This document shows positions 1 to 12,893 of a stretch of 64,000 bases of DNA, in pieces. Both the position numbers and the translations under genes were made by a program. The notes under the pieces are model-generated. The model had not been told where the DNA came from. It was given only the letters and a program-made list of their open reading frames with translations, and made no database searches. How positions within the stretch are numbered: position 1 is the stretch's first letter; every line of letters starts with the position of its first letter. The stretch lies in assembly GCA_964057225.1 (NCBI GenBank), contig OZ059895.1, positions 3,906,001-3,970,000 on the forward strand. Reading direction: 5' to 3'. This DNA is from Auanema rhodensis. Taxonomy: Eukaryota; Animalia; Nematoda.

Positions 1-3000
1 CAGAACATGTGATCACATTCCAATTTTTTTGTATCTATCTTGTAAAGATAGTAATAAACTTTGATTTTTGTACACCCATAAATTATACGCAGCACAGGTT
101 ACCCTTAAATAATGAACTGACCGACTAATCAGACATGGATCTTTCCTAGTTCTGTTGCTTGAATGGATGTTTTCCTACGTAGGCTAGTAAAACATGCCCT
201 TCAAAGCATCAGAACATGTGACCACATTCCAATTTTTTTGTATCTATCTTGTAAAGATAGTAATATATCATATGTTGAACACTATGTTGGAAAGATTTTA
301 ATTCAGATTTTCTAACTTTTATTCAGTTTGTTTTTTAAACTTTGATTAAGAACTTTGATTTTTGTACACCCATAAATTACACGCAGCACAGGTTACCCTT
401 AAATAATGAACTGACCGACTAATCAGACATGGATCTTTCCAAGTTCTGTTGCTTGAACGGATGTTTTCCTACGTAGGCTAGTAAAACATGCCCTTCAAAG
501 CATCAGAACATGTGACCACATTCCAATTTTTTTGTATCTATCTTGTAAAGATAGTAATATATCATATGTTGAACACTAAGTTGGAAAGATTTTAATTCAG
601 ATTTTTTCAACTTTCACTCAGTTTGTTTTCTAAACTTTGATTAAGAACCTTGTTGTTTGTACACCCATAAAATATACGCAGCACAGGTTACCCTTAAATA
701 ATGAACTGACCGACTAATCAGACATGGATCTTTCCTAGTTCTGTTGCTTGAATGGATGTTTTCCTACGTAGGCTAGTAAAACATGCCCTTCAAAGCATCA
801 GAACATGTGATCACATTCCAATTTTTTTGTATCTATCTTGTAAAGATAGTAATAAACTTTGATTTTTGTACACCCATAAATTATACGCAGCACAGGTTAC
901 CCTTAAATAATGAACTGACCGACTAATCAGACATGGATCTTTCCAAGTTCTGTTGCTTGAACGGATGTTTTCCTACGTAGGCTAGTAAAACATGCCCTTC
1001 AAAGCATCAGAACATGTGACCACATTCCAATTTTTTTGTATCTATCTTGTAAAGATAGTAATATATCATATGTTGAACACTAAGTTGGAAAGATTTTAAT
1101 TCAGATTTTTTCAACTTTCACTCAGTTTGTTTTCTAAACTTTGATTAAGAACCTTGTTGTTTGTACACCCATAAAATATACGCAGCACAGGTTACCCTTA
1201 AATAATGAACTGACCGACTAATCAGACATGGATCTTTCCTAGTTCTGTTGCTTGAATGGATGTTTTCCTACGTAGGCTAGTAAAACATGCCCTTCAAAGC
1301 ATCAGAACATGTGATCACATTCCAATTTTTTTGTATCTATCTTGTAAAGATAGTAATAAACTTTGATTTTTGTACACCCATAAATTATACGCAGCACAGG
1401 TTACCCTTAAATAATGAACTGACCGACTAATCAGACATGGATCTTTCCAAGTTCTGTTGCTTGAACGGATGTTTTCCTACGTAGGCTAGTAAAACATGCC
1501 CTTCAAAGCATCAGAACATGTGACCACATTCCAATTTTTTTGTATCTATCTTGTAAAGATAGTAATATATCATATGTTGAACACTAAGTTGGAAAGATTT
1601 TAATTCAGATTTTTTCAACTTTCACTCAGTTTGTTTTCTAAACTTTGATTAAGAACCTTGTTGTTTGTACACCCATAAAATATACGCAGCACAGGTTACC
1701 CTTAAATAATGAACTGACCGACTAATCAGACATGGATCTTCCCAAGTTCTGTTGCTTGAATGGATGTTTTCCTACGTAGGCTAGTAAAACATGCCCTTCA
1801 AAGCATCAGAACATGTGATCACATTCCAATTTTTTTGTATCTATCTTGTAAAGATAGTAATAAACTTTGATTTTTGTACACCCATAAATTATACGCAGCA
1901 CAGGTTACCCTTAAATAATGAACTGACCGACTAATCAGACATGGATCTTTCCAAGTTCTGTTGCTTGAACGGATGTTTTCCTACGTAGGCTAGTAAAACA
2001 TGCCCTTCAAAGCATCAGAACATGTGACCACATTCCAATTTTTTTGTATCTATCTTGTAAAGATAGTAATATATCATATGTTGAACACTATGTTGGAAAG
2101 ATTTTAATTCAGATTTTTTCAACTTTCACTCAGTTTGTTTTCTAAACTTTGATTGAGAACCTTGAGTTTTGTACACCCATAAATTATACGCAGCACAGGT
2201 TACCCTTAAATAATGAACTGACCGACTAATCAGACATGGATCTTCCCAAGTTCTGTTGCTTGAATGGATGTTTTCCTACGTAGGCTAGTAAAACATGCCC
2301 TTCAAAGCATCAGAACATGTGATCACATTCCAATTTTTTTGTATCTATCTTGTAAAGATAGTAATAAACTTTGATTTTTGTACACCCATAAATTATACGC
2401 AGCACAGGTTACCCTTAAATAATGAACTGACCGACTAATCAGACATGGATCTTTCCTAGTTCTGTTGCTTGAATGGATGTTTTCCAACGTAGGCTAGTAA
2501 AACATGCCCTTCAAAGCATCAGAACATGTGATCACATTCCAATTTTTTTGTATCTATCTTGTAAAGATAGTAATAAACTTTGATTTTTGTACACCCATAA
2601 ATTATACGCAGCACAGGTTACCCTTAAATAATGAACTGACCGACTAATCAGACATGGATCTTTCCTAGTTCTGTTGCTTGAATGGATGTTTTCCTACGTA
2701 GGCTAGTAAAACATGCCCTTCAAAGCATCAGAACATGTGACCACATTCCAATTTTTTTGTATCTATCTTGTAAAGATAGTAATATATCATATGTTGAACA
2801 CTAAGTTGGAAAGATTTTAATTCAGATTTTTTCAACTTTCACTCAGTTTGTTTTCTAAACTTTGATTAAGAACCTTGTTGTTTGTACACCCATAAAATAT
2901 ACGCAGCACAGGTTACCCTTAAATAATGAACTGACCGACTAATCAGACATGGATCTTTCCTAGTTCTGTTGCTTGAATGGATGTTTTCCTACGTAGGCTA

Positions 3001-6000
3001 GTAAAACATGCCCTTCAAAGCATCAGAACATGTGATCACATTCCAATTTTTTTGTATCTATCTTGTAAAGATAGTAATAAACTTTGATTTTTGTACACCC
3101 ATAAATTATACGCAGCACAGGTTACCCTTAAATAATGAACTGACCGACTAATCAGACATGGATCTTTCCAAGTTCTGTTGCTTGAACGGATGTTTTCCTA
3201 CGTAGGCTAGTAAAACATGCCCTTCAAAGCATCAGAACATGTGACCACATTCCAATTTTTTTGTATCTATCTTGTAAAGATAGTAATATATCATATGTTG
3301 AACACTAAGTTGGAAAGATTTTAATTCAGATTTTTTCAACTTTCACTCAGTTTGTTTTCTAAACTTTGATTAAGAACCTTGTTGTTTGTACACCCATAAA
3401 ATATACGCAGCACAGGTTACCCTTAAATAATGAACTGACCGACTAATCAGACATGGATCTTTCCTAGTTCTGTTGCTTGAATGGATGTTTTCCTACGTAG
3501 GCTAGTAAAACATGCCCTTCAAAGCATCAGAACATGTGATCACATTCCAATTTTTTTGTATCTATCTTGTAAAGATAGTAATAAACTTTGATTTTTGTAC
3601 ACCCATAAATTATACGCAGCACAGGTTACCCTTAAATAATGAACTGACCGACTAATCAGACATGGATCTTTCCAAGTTCTGTTGCTTGAACGGATGTTTT
3701 CCTACGTAGGCTAGTAAAACATGCCCTTCAAAGCATCAGAACATGTGACCACATTCCAATTTTTTTGTATCTATCTTGTAAAGATAGTAATATATCATAT
3801 GTTGAACACTAAGTTGGAAAGATTTTAATTCAGATTTTTTCAACTTTCACTCAGTTTGTTTTCTAAACTTTGATTAAGAACCTTGTTGTTTGTACACCCA
3901 TAAAATATACGCAGCACAGGTTACCCTTAAATAATGAACTGACCGACTAATCAGACATGGATCTTCCCAAGTTCTGTTGCTTGAATGGATGTTTTCCTAC
4001 GTAGGCTAGTAAAACATGCCCTTCAAAGCATCAGAACATGTGATCACATTCCAATTTTTTTGTATCTATCTTGTAAAGATAGTAATAAACTTTGATTTTT
4101 GTACACCCATAAATTATACGCAGCACAGGTTACCCTTAAATAATGAACTGACCGACTAATCAGACATGGATCTTTCCAAGTTCTGTTGCTTGAACGGATG
4201 TTTTCCTACGTAGGCTAGTAAAACATGCCCTTCAAAGCATCAGAACATGTGACCACATTCCAATTTTTTTGTATCTATCTTGTAAAGATAGTAATATATC
4301 ATATGTTGAACACTATGTTGGAAAGATTTTAATTCAGATTTTTTCAACTTTCACTCAGTTTGTTTTCTAAACTTTGATTGAGAACCTTGAGTTTTGTACA
4401 CCCATAAATTATACGCAGCACAGGTTACCCTTAAATAATGAACTGACCGACTAATCAGACATGGATCTTCCCAAGTTCTGTTGCTTGAATGGATGTTTTC
4501 CTACGTAGGCTAGTAAAACATGCCCTTCAAAGCATCAGAACATGTGATCACATTCCAATTTTTTTGTATCTATCTTGTAAAGATAGTAATAAACTTTGAT
4601 TTTTGTACACCCATAAATTATACGCAGCACAGGTTACCCTTAAATAATGAACTGACCGACTAATGAGACATGGATCTTTCCTAGTTCTGTTGCTTGAATG
4701 GATGTTTTCCTACGTAGGCTAGTAAAACATGCCCTTCAAAGCATCAGAACATGTGATCACATTCCAATTTTTTTGTATCTATCTTGTAAAGATAGTAATA
4801 TATCATATGTTGAACACTATGTTGGAAAGATTTTAATTCAGATTTTCTGACTTTTAATCAGTTTGTTTTTTTAACTTTGATTAAGAACTTTGATTTTTGT
4901 ACACCCATAAATTATACGCAGCACAGGTTACCCTTAAATAATGAACTGACCAACTAATCAGACATGGATCTTTCCTAGTTCTGTTGCTTGAATGGATGTT
5001 TTCCTACGTAGGCTAGTAAAACATGCCCTTCAAAGCATCAGAACATGTGATCACATTCCAATTTTTTTGTATCTATCTTGTAAAGATAGTAATAAACTTT
5101 GATTTTTGTACACCCATAAATTATACGCAGCACAGGTTACCCTTAAATAATGAACTGACCAACTAATCAGACATGGATCTTTCCTAGTTCTGTTGCTTGA
5201 ATGGATGTTTTCCTACGTAGGCTAGTAAAACATGCCCTTCAAAGCATCAGAACATGTGATCACATTCCAATTTTTTTGTATCTATCTTGTAAAGATAGTA
5301 ATAAACTTTGATTTTTGTACACCCATAAATTATACGCAGCACAGGTTACCCTTAAATAATGAACTGACCGACTAATCAGACATGGATCTTCCCAAGTTCT
5401 GTTGCTTGAATGGATGTTTTCCTACGTAGGCTAGTAAAACATGCCCTTCAAAGCATCAGAACATGTGATCACATTCCAATTTTTTTGTATCTATCTTGTA
5501 AAGATAGTAATATATCATATGTTGAACACTATGTTGGAAAGATTTTAATTCAGATTTTCTAACTTTTATTCAGTTTGTTTTTTAAACTTTGATTAAGAAC
5601 TTTGATTTTTGTACACCCATAAATTATACGCAGCACAGGTTACCCTTAAATAATGAACTGACCGACTAATCAGACATGGATCTTTCCTAGTTCTGTTGCT
5701 TGAACGGATGTTTTCCTACGTAGGCTAGTAAAACATGCCCTTCAAAGCATCAGAACATGTGATCACATTCCAATTTTTTTGTATCTATCTTGTAAAGATA
5801 GTAATATATCATATGTTGAACACTATGTTGGAAAGATTTTAATTCAGATTTTCTAACTTTTATTCAGTTTGTTTTTTAAACTTTGATTAAGAACTTTGAT
5901 TTTTGTACACCCATAAATTATACGCAGCACAGGTTACCCTTAAATAATGAACTGACCGACTAATCAGACATGGATCTTTCCTAGTTCTGTTGCTTGAATG

Positions 6001-9000
6001 GATGTTTTCCTACGTAGGCTAGTAAAACATGCCTTTCAAAGCATCAGAACATGTGATCAAATTCCAATTTTTTTGTATCTATCTTGTAAAGATAGTAATA
6101 TATCATATGTTGAACACTATGTTGGAAAGATTTTCATTCAGATTTTTTAATTTTTATTCAGTTTGTTTTCTAAACTTTGATTAAGAACCTTGTTGTTTGT
6201 ACACCCATAAAATATACGCAGCACAGGTTACCCTTAAATAATGAACTGACCGATTAATCAGACATGGATCTTCCCAAGTTCTGTTGCTTGAATGGATGTT
6301 TTCCTACGTAGGCTAGTAAAACATGCCCTTCAAAGCATCAGAACATGTGATCACATTCCAATTTTTTTGTATCTATCTTGTAAAGATAGTAATATATCAT
6401 ATGTTGAACACTATGTTGGAAAGATTTTAATTCAGATTTTCTAACTTTCACTCAGTTTGTTTTCTAAACTTTGATTAAGAACCTTGTTGTTTGTACACCC
6501 ATAAATTATACGCAGCACAGGTTACCCTTAAATAATGAACTGACCGACTAATCAGACATGGATCTTTCCTAGTTCTGTTGCTTGAACGGATGTTTTCCTA
6601 CGTAGGCTAGTAAAACATGCCCTTCAAAGCATCAGAACATGTGATCACATTCCAATTTTTTTGTATCTATCTTGTAAAGATAGTAATATATCATATGTTG
6701 AACACTATGTTGGAAAGATTTTAATTCAGATTTTCTAACTTTTATTCAGTTTGTTTTTTAAACTTTGATTAAGAACTTTGATTTTTGTACACCCATAAAT
6801 TATACGCAGCACAGGTTACCCTTAAATAATGAACTGACCGACTAATCAGACATGGATCTTTCCTAGTTCTGTTGCTTGAATGGATGTTTTCCTACGTAGG
6901 CTAGTAAAACATGCCTTTCAAAGCATCAGAACATGTGATCAAATTCCAATTTTTTTGTATCTATCTTGTAAAGATAGTAATATATCATATGTTGAACACT
7001 ATGTTGGAAAGATTTTCATTCAGATTTTTTAATTTTTATTCAGTTTGTTTTTTAAACTTTGATTAAGAACTTTGATTTTTGTACACCCATAAATTATACG
7101 CAGCACAGGTTACCCTTAAATAATGAACTGACCGACTAATCAGACATGGATCTTTCCTAGTTCTGTTGCTTGAATGGATGTTTTCCTACGTAGGCTAGTA
7201 AAACATGCCCTTCAAAGCATCAGAACATGTGACCACATTCCAATTTTTTTGTATCTATCTTGTAAAGATAGTAATATATCATATGTTGAACACTATGTTG
7301 GAAAGATTTTAATTCAGATTTTCTAACTTTTATTCAGTTTGTTTTTTAAACTTTGATTAAGAACTTTGATTTTTGTACACCCATAAATTATACGCAGCAC
7401 AGGTTACCCTTAAATAATGAACTGACCGACTAATCAGACATGGATCTTTCCTAGTTCTGTTGCTTGAATGGATGTTTTCCTACGTAGGCTAGTAAAACAT
7501 GCCCTTCAAAGCATCAGAACATGTGATCACATTCCAATTTTTTTGTATCTATCTTGTAAAGATAGTAATAAACTTTGATTTTTGTACACCCATAAATTAT
7601 ACGCAGCACAGGTTACCCTTAAATAATGAACTGACCGACTAATCAGACATGGATCTTTCCAAGTTCTGTTGCTTGAACGGATGTTTTCCTACGTAGGCTA
7701 GTAAAACATGCCCTTCAAAGCATCAGAACATGTGACCACATTCCAATTTTTTTGTATCTATCTTGTAAAGATAGTAATATATCATATGTTGAACACTAAG
7801 TTGGAAAGATTTTAATTCAGATTTTTTCAACTTTCACTCAGTTTGTTTTCTAAACTTTGATTAAGAACCTTGTTGTTTGTACACCCATAAAATATACGCA
7901 GCACAGGTTACCCTTAAATAATGAACTGACCGACTAATCAGACATGGATCTTTCCTAGTTCTGTTGCTTGAATGGATGTTTTCCTACGTAGGCTAGTAAA
8001 ACATGCCCTTCAAAGCATCAGAACATGTGATCACATTCCAATTTTTTTGTATCTATCTTGTAAAGATAGTAATAAACTTTGATTTTTGTACACCCATAAA
8101 TTATACGCAGCACAGGTTACCCTTAAATAATGAACTGACCGACTAATCAGACATGGATCTTCCCAAGTTCTGTTGCTTGAATGGATGTTTTCCTACGTAG
8201 GCTAGTAAAACATGCCCTTCAAAGCATCAGAACATGTGATCACATTCCAATTTTTTTGTATCTATCTTGTAAAGATAGTAATAAACTTTGATTTTTGTAC
8301 ACCCATAAATTATACGCAGCACAGGTTACCCTTAAATAATGAACTGACCGACTAATCAGACATGGATCTTTCCAAGTTCTGTTGCTTGAACGGATGTTTT
8401 CCTACGTAGGCTAGTAAAACATGCCCTTCAAAGCATCAGAACATGTGACCACATTCCAATTTTTTTGTATCTATCTTGTAAAGATAGTAATATATCATAT
8501 GTTGAACACTATGTTGGAAAGATTTTAATTCAGATTTTTTCAACTTTCACTCAGTTTGTTTTCTAAACTTTGATTGAGAACCTTGAGTTTTGTACACCCA
8601 TAAATTATACGCAGCACAGGTTACCCTTAAATAATGAACTGACCGACTAATCAGACATGGATCTTCCCAAGTTCTGTTGCTTGAATGGATGTTTTCCTAC
8701 GTAGGCTAGTAAAACATGCCCTTCAAAGCATCAGAACATGTGATCACATTCCAATTTTTTTGTATCTATCTTGTAAAGATAGTAATAAACTTTGATTTTT
8801 GTACACCCATAAATTATACGCAGCACAGGTTACCCTTAAATAATGAACTGACCGACTAATCAGACATGGATCTTTCCTAGTTCTGTTGCTTGAATGGATG
8901 TTTTCCTACGTAGGCTAGTAAAACATGCCCTTCAAAGCATCAGAACATGTGATCACATTCCAATTTTTTTGTATCTATCTTGTAAAGATAGTAATATATC

Positions 9001-12000
9001 ATATGTTGAACACTATGTTGGAAAGATTTTAATTCAGATTTTCTGACTTTTAATCAGTTTGTTTTTTAAACTTTGATTAAGAACTTTGATTTTTGTACAC
9101 CCATAAATTATACGCAGCACAGGTTACCCTTAAATAATGAACTGACCAACTAATCAGACATGGATCTTTCCTAGTTCTGTTGCTTGAATGGATGTTTTCC
9201 TACGTAGGCTAGTAAAACATGCCCTTCAAAGCATCAGAACATGTGATCACATTCCAATTTTTTTGTATCTATCTTGTAAAGATAGTAATAAACTTTGATT
9301 TTTGTACACCCATAAATTATACGCAGCACAGGTTACCCTTAAATAATGAACTGACCGACTAATCAGACATGGATCTTTCCAAGTTCTGTTGCTTGAACGG
9401 ATGTTTTCCTACGTAGGCTAGTAAAACATGCCCTTCAAAGCATCAGAACATGTGACCACATTCCAATTTTTTTGTATCTATCTTGTAAAGATAGTAATAT
9501 ATCATATGTTGAACACTATGTTGGAAAGATTTTAATTCAGATTTTTTCAACTTTCACTCAGTTTGTTTTCTAAACTTTGATTAAGAACCTTGTTGTTTGT
9601 ACACCCATAAAATATACGCAGCACAGGTTACCCTTAAATAATGAACTGACCGACTAATCAGACATGGATCTTCCCAAGTTCTGTTGCTTGAATGGATGTT
9701 TTCCTACGTAGGCTAGTAAAACATGCCCTTCAAAGCATCAGAACATGTGATCACATTCCAATTTTTTTGTATCTATCTTGTAAAGATAGTAATATATCAT
9801 ATGTTGAACACTATGTTGGAAAGATTTTAATTCAGATTTTCTAACTTTTATTCAGTTTGTTTTTTAAACTTTGATTAAGAACTTTGATTTTTGTACACCC
9901 ATAAATTATACGCAGCACAGGTTACCCTTAAATAATGAACTGACCGACTAATCAGACATGGATCTTTCCTAGTTCTGTTGCTTGAACGGATGTTTTCCTA
10001 CGTAGGCTAGTAAAACATGCCCTTCAAAGCATCAGAACATGTGATCACATTCCAATTTTTTTGTATCTATCTTGTAAAGATAGTAATATATCATATGTTG
10101 AACACTATGTTGGAAAGATTTTCATTCAGATTTTTTAATTTTTATTCAGTTTGTTTTTTAAACTTTGATTAAGAACTTTGATTTTTGTACACCCATAAAT
10201 TATACGCAGCACAGGTTACCCTTAAATAATGAACTGACCGACTAATCAGACATGGATCTTTCCTAGTTCTGTTGCTTGAATGGATGTTTTCCTACGTAGG
10301 CTAGTAAAACATGCCCTTCAAAGCATCAGAACATGTGACCACATTCCAATTTTTTTGTATCTATCTTGTAAAGATAGTAATATATCATATGTTGAACACT
10401 ATGTTGGAAAGATTTTAATTCAGATTTTCTAACTTTTATTCAGTTTGTTTTTTAAACTTTGATTAAGAACTTTGATTTTTGTACACCCATAAATTATACG
10501 CAGCACAGGTTACCCTTAAATAATGAACTGACCGACTAATCAGACATGGATCTTTCCTAGTTCTGTTGCTTGAATGGATGTTTTCCTACGTAGGCTAGTA
10601 AAACATGCCCTTCAAAGCATCAGAACATGTGATCACATTCCAATTTTTTTGTATCTATCTTGTAAAGATAGTAATAAACTTTGATTTTTGTACACCCATA
10701 AATTATACGCAGCACAGGTTACTCTTAAATAATGAACTGACCGACTAATCAGACATGGATCTTTCCTAGTTCTGTTGCTTGAATGGATGTTTTCCTACGT
10801 AGGCTAGTAAAACATGCCCTTCAAAGCATCAGAACATGTGATCACATTCCAATTTTTTTGTATCTATCTTGTAAAGATAGTAATAAACTTTGATTTTTGT
10901 ACACCCATAAATTATACGCAGCACAGGTTACCCTTAAATAATGAACTGACCGACTAATCAGACATGGATCTTTCCAAGTTCTGTTGCTTGAACGGATGTT
11001 TTCCTACGTAGGCTAGTAAAACATGCCCTTCAAAGCATCAGAACATGTGACCACATTCCAATTTTTTTGTATCTATCTTGTAAAGATAGTAATATATCAT
11101 ATGTTGAACACTATGTTGGAAAGATTTTAATTCAGATTTTTTCAACTTTCACTCAGTTTGTTTTCTAAACTTTGATTAAGAACTTTGATTTTTGTACACC
11201 CATAAATTATACGCAGCACAGGTTACCCTTAAATAATGAACTGACCGACTAATCAGACATGGATCTTTCCAAGTTCTGTTGCTTGAACGGATGTTTTCCT
11301 ACGTAGGCAAGTAAAACATGCCCTTCAAAGCATCAGAACATGTGACCACATTCCAATTTTTTTGTATCTATCTTGTAAAGATAGTAATATATCATATGTT
11401 GAACACTATGTTGGAAAGATTTTAATTCAGATTTTTTCAACTTTCACTCAGTTTGTTTTCTAAACTTTGATTAAGAACCTTGTTGTTTGTACACCCATAA
11501 AATATACGCAGCACAGGTTACCCTTAAATAATGAACTGACCGACTAATCAGACATGGATCTTTCCTAGTTCTGTTGCTTGAATGGATGTTTTCCTACGTA
11601 GGCTAGTAAAACATGCCTTTCAAAGCATCAGAACATGTGATCAAATTCCAATTTTTTTGTATCTATCTTGTAAAGATAGTAATATATCATATGTTGAACA
11701 CTATGTTGGAAAGATTTTCATTCAGATTTTTTAATTTTTATTAAGTTTGTTTTTTAAACTTTGATTAAGAACTTTGATTTTTGTACACCCATAAATTATA
11801 CGCAGCACAGGTTACCCTTAAATAATGAACTGACCGACTAATCAGACATGGATCTTTCCTAGTTCTGTTGCTTGAATGGATGTTTTCCTACGTAGGCTAG
11901 TAAAACATGCCCTTCAAAGCATCAGAACATGTGACCACATTCCAATTTTTTTGTATCTATCTTGTAAAGATAGTAATATATCATATGTTGAACACTATGT

Positions 12001-12893
12001 TGGAAAGATTTTAATTCAGATTTTCTAACTTTTATTCAGTTTGTTTTTTAAACTTTGATTAAGAACTTTGATTTTTGTACACCCATAAATTATACGCAGC
12101 ACAGGTTACCCTTAAATAATGAACTGACCGACTAATCAGACATGGATCTTTCCAAGTTCTGTTGCTTGAACGGATGTTTTCCTACGTAGGCAAGTAAAAC
12201 ATGCCCTTCAAAGCATCAGAACATGTGATCAAATTCCAATTTTTTTGTATCTATCTTGTAAAGATAGTAATATATCATATGTTGAACACTATGTTGGAAA
12301 GATTTTCATTCAGATTTTTTAATTTTTATTAAGTTTGTTTTTTAAACTTTGATTAAGAACTTTGATTTTTGTACACCCATAAATTATACGCAGCACAGGT
12401 TACCCTTAAATAATGAACTGACCGACTAATCAGACATGGATCTTTCCTAGTTCTGTTGCTTGAATGGATGTTTTCCTACGTAGGCTAGTAAAACATGCCC
12501 TTCAAAGCATCAGAACATGTGACCACATTCCAATTTTTTTGTATCTATCTTGTAAAGATAGTAATATATCATATGTTGAACACTATGTTGGAAAGATTTT
12601 AATTCAGATTTTCTAACTTTTATTCAGTTTGTTTTTTAAACTTTGATTAAGAACTTTGATTTTTGTACACCCATAAATTATACGCAGCACAGGTTACCCT
12701 TAAATAATGAACTGACCGACTAATCAGACATGGATCTTTCCTAGTTCTGTTGCTTGAATGGATGTTTTCCTACGTAGGCTAGTAAAACATGCCCTTCAAA
12801 GCATCAGAACATGTGATCACATTCCAATTTTTTTGTATCTATCTTGTAAAGATAGTAATAAACTTTGATTTTTGTACACCCATAAATTATACG
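1..12893. repeat. Satellite A: tandem array of 209-bp and 294/295-bp monomers (about 50 monomers; continues off the left edge)
   Basis: Anchor CAGAACATGTG recurs at 1, 210, 504, 799, 1008, 1303, 1512 (spacings 209/294/295/209/295/209). The long form carries an extra 85-86 bp (TATCATATGTTGAACAC...AAACTTTGATTAAG) after GTAATA. Confidence 0.97.

Noticed and set aside
170-190. Helitron 3' end (palindrome + CTAG|T) in satellite A
   Set aside because: The palindrome directly abuts CTAG without the usual spacing, and there is no 5' end or Rep/helicase evidence.
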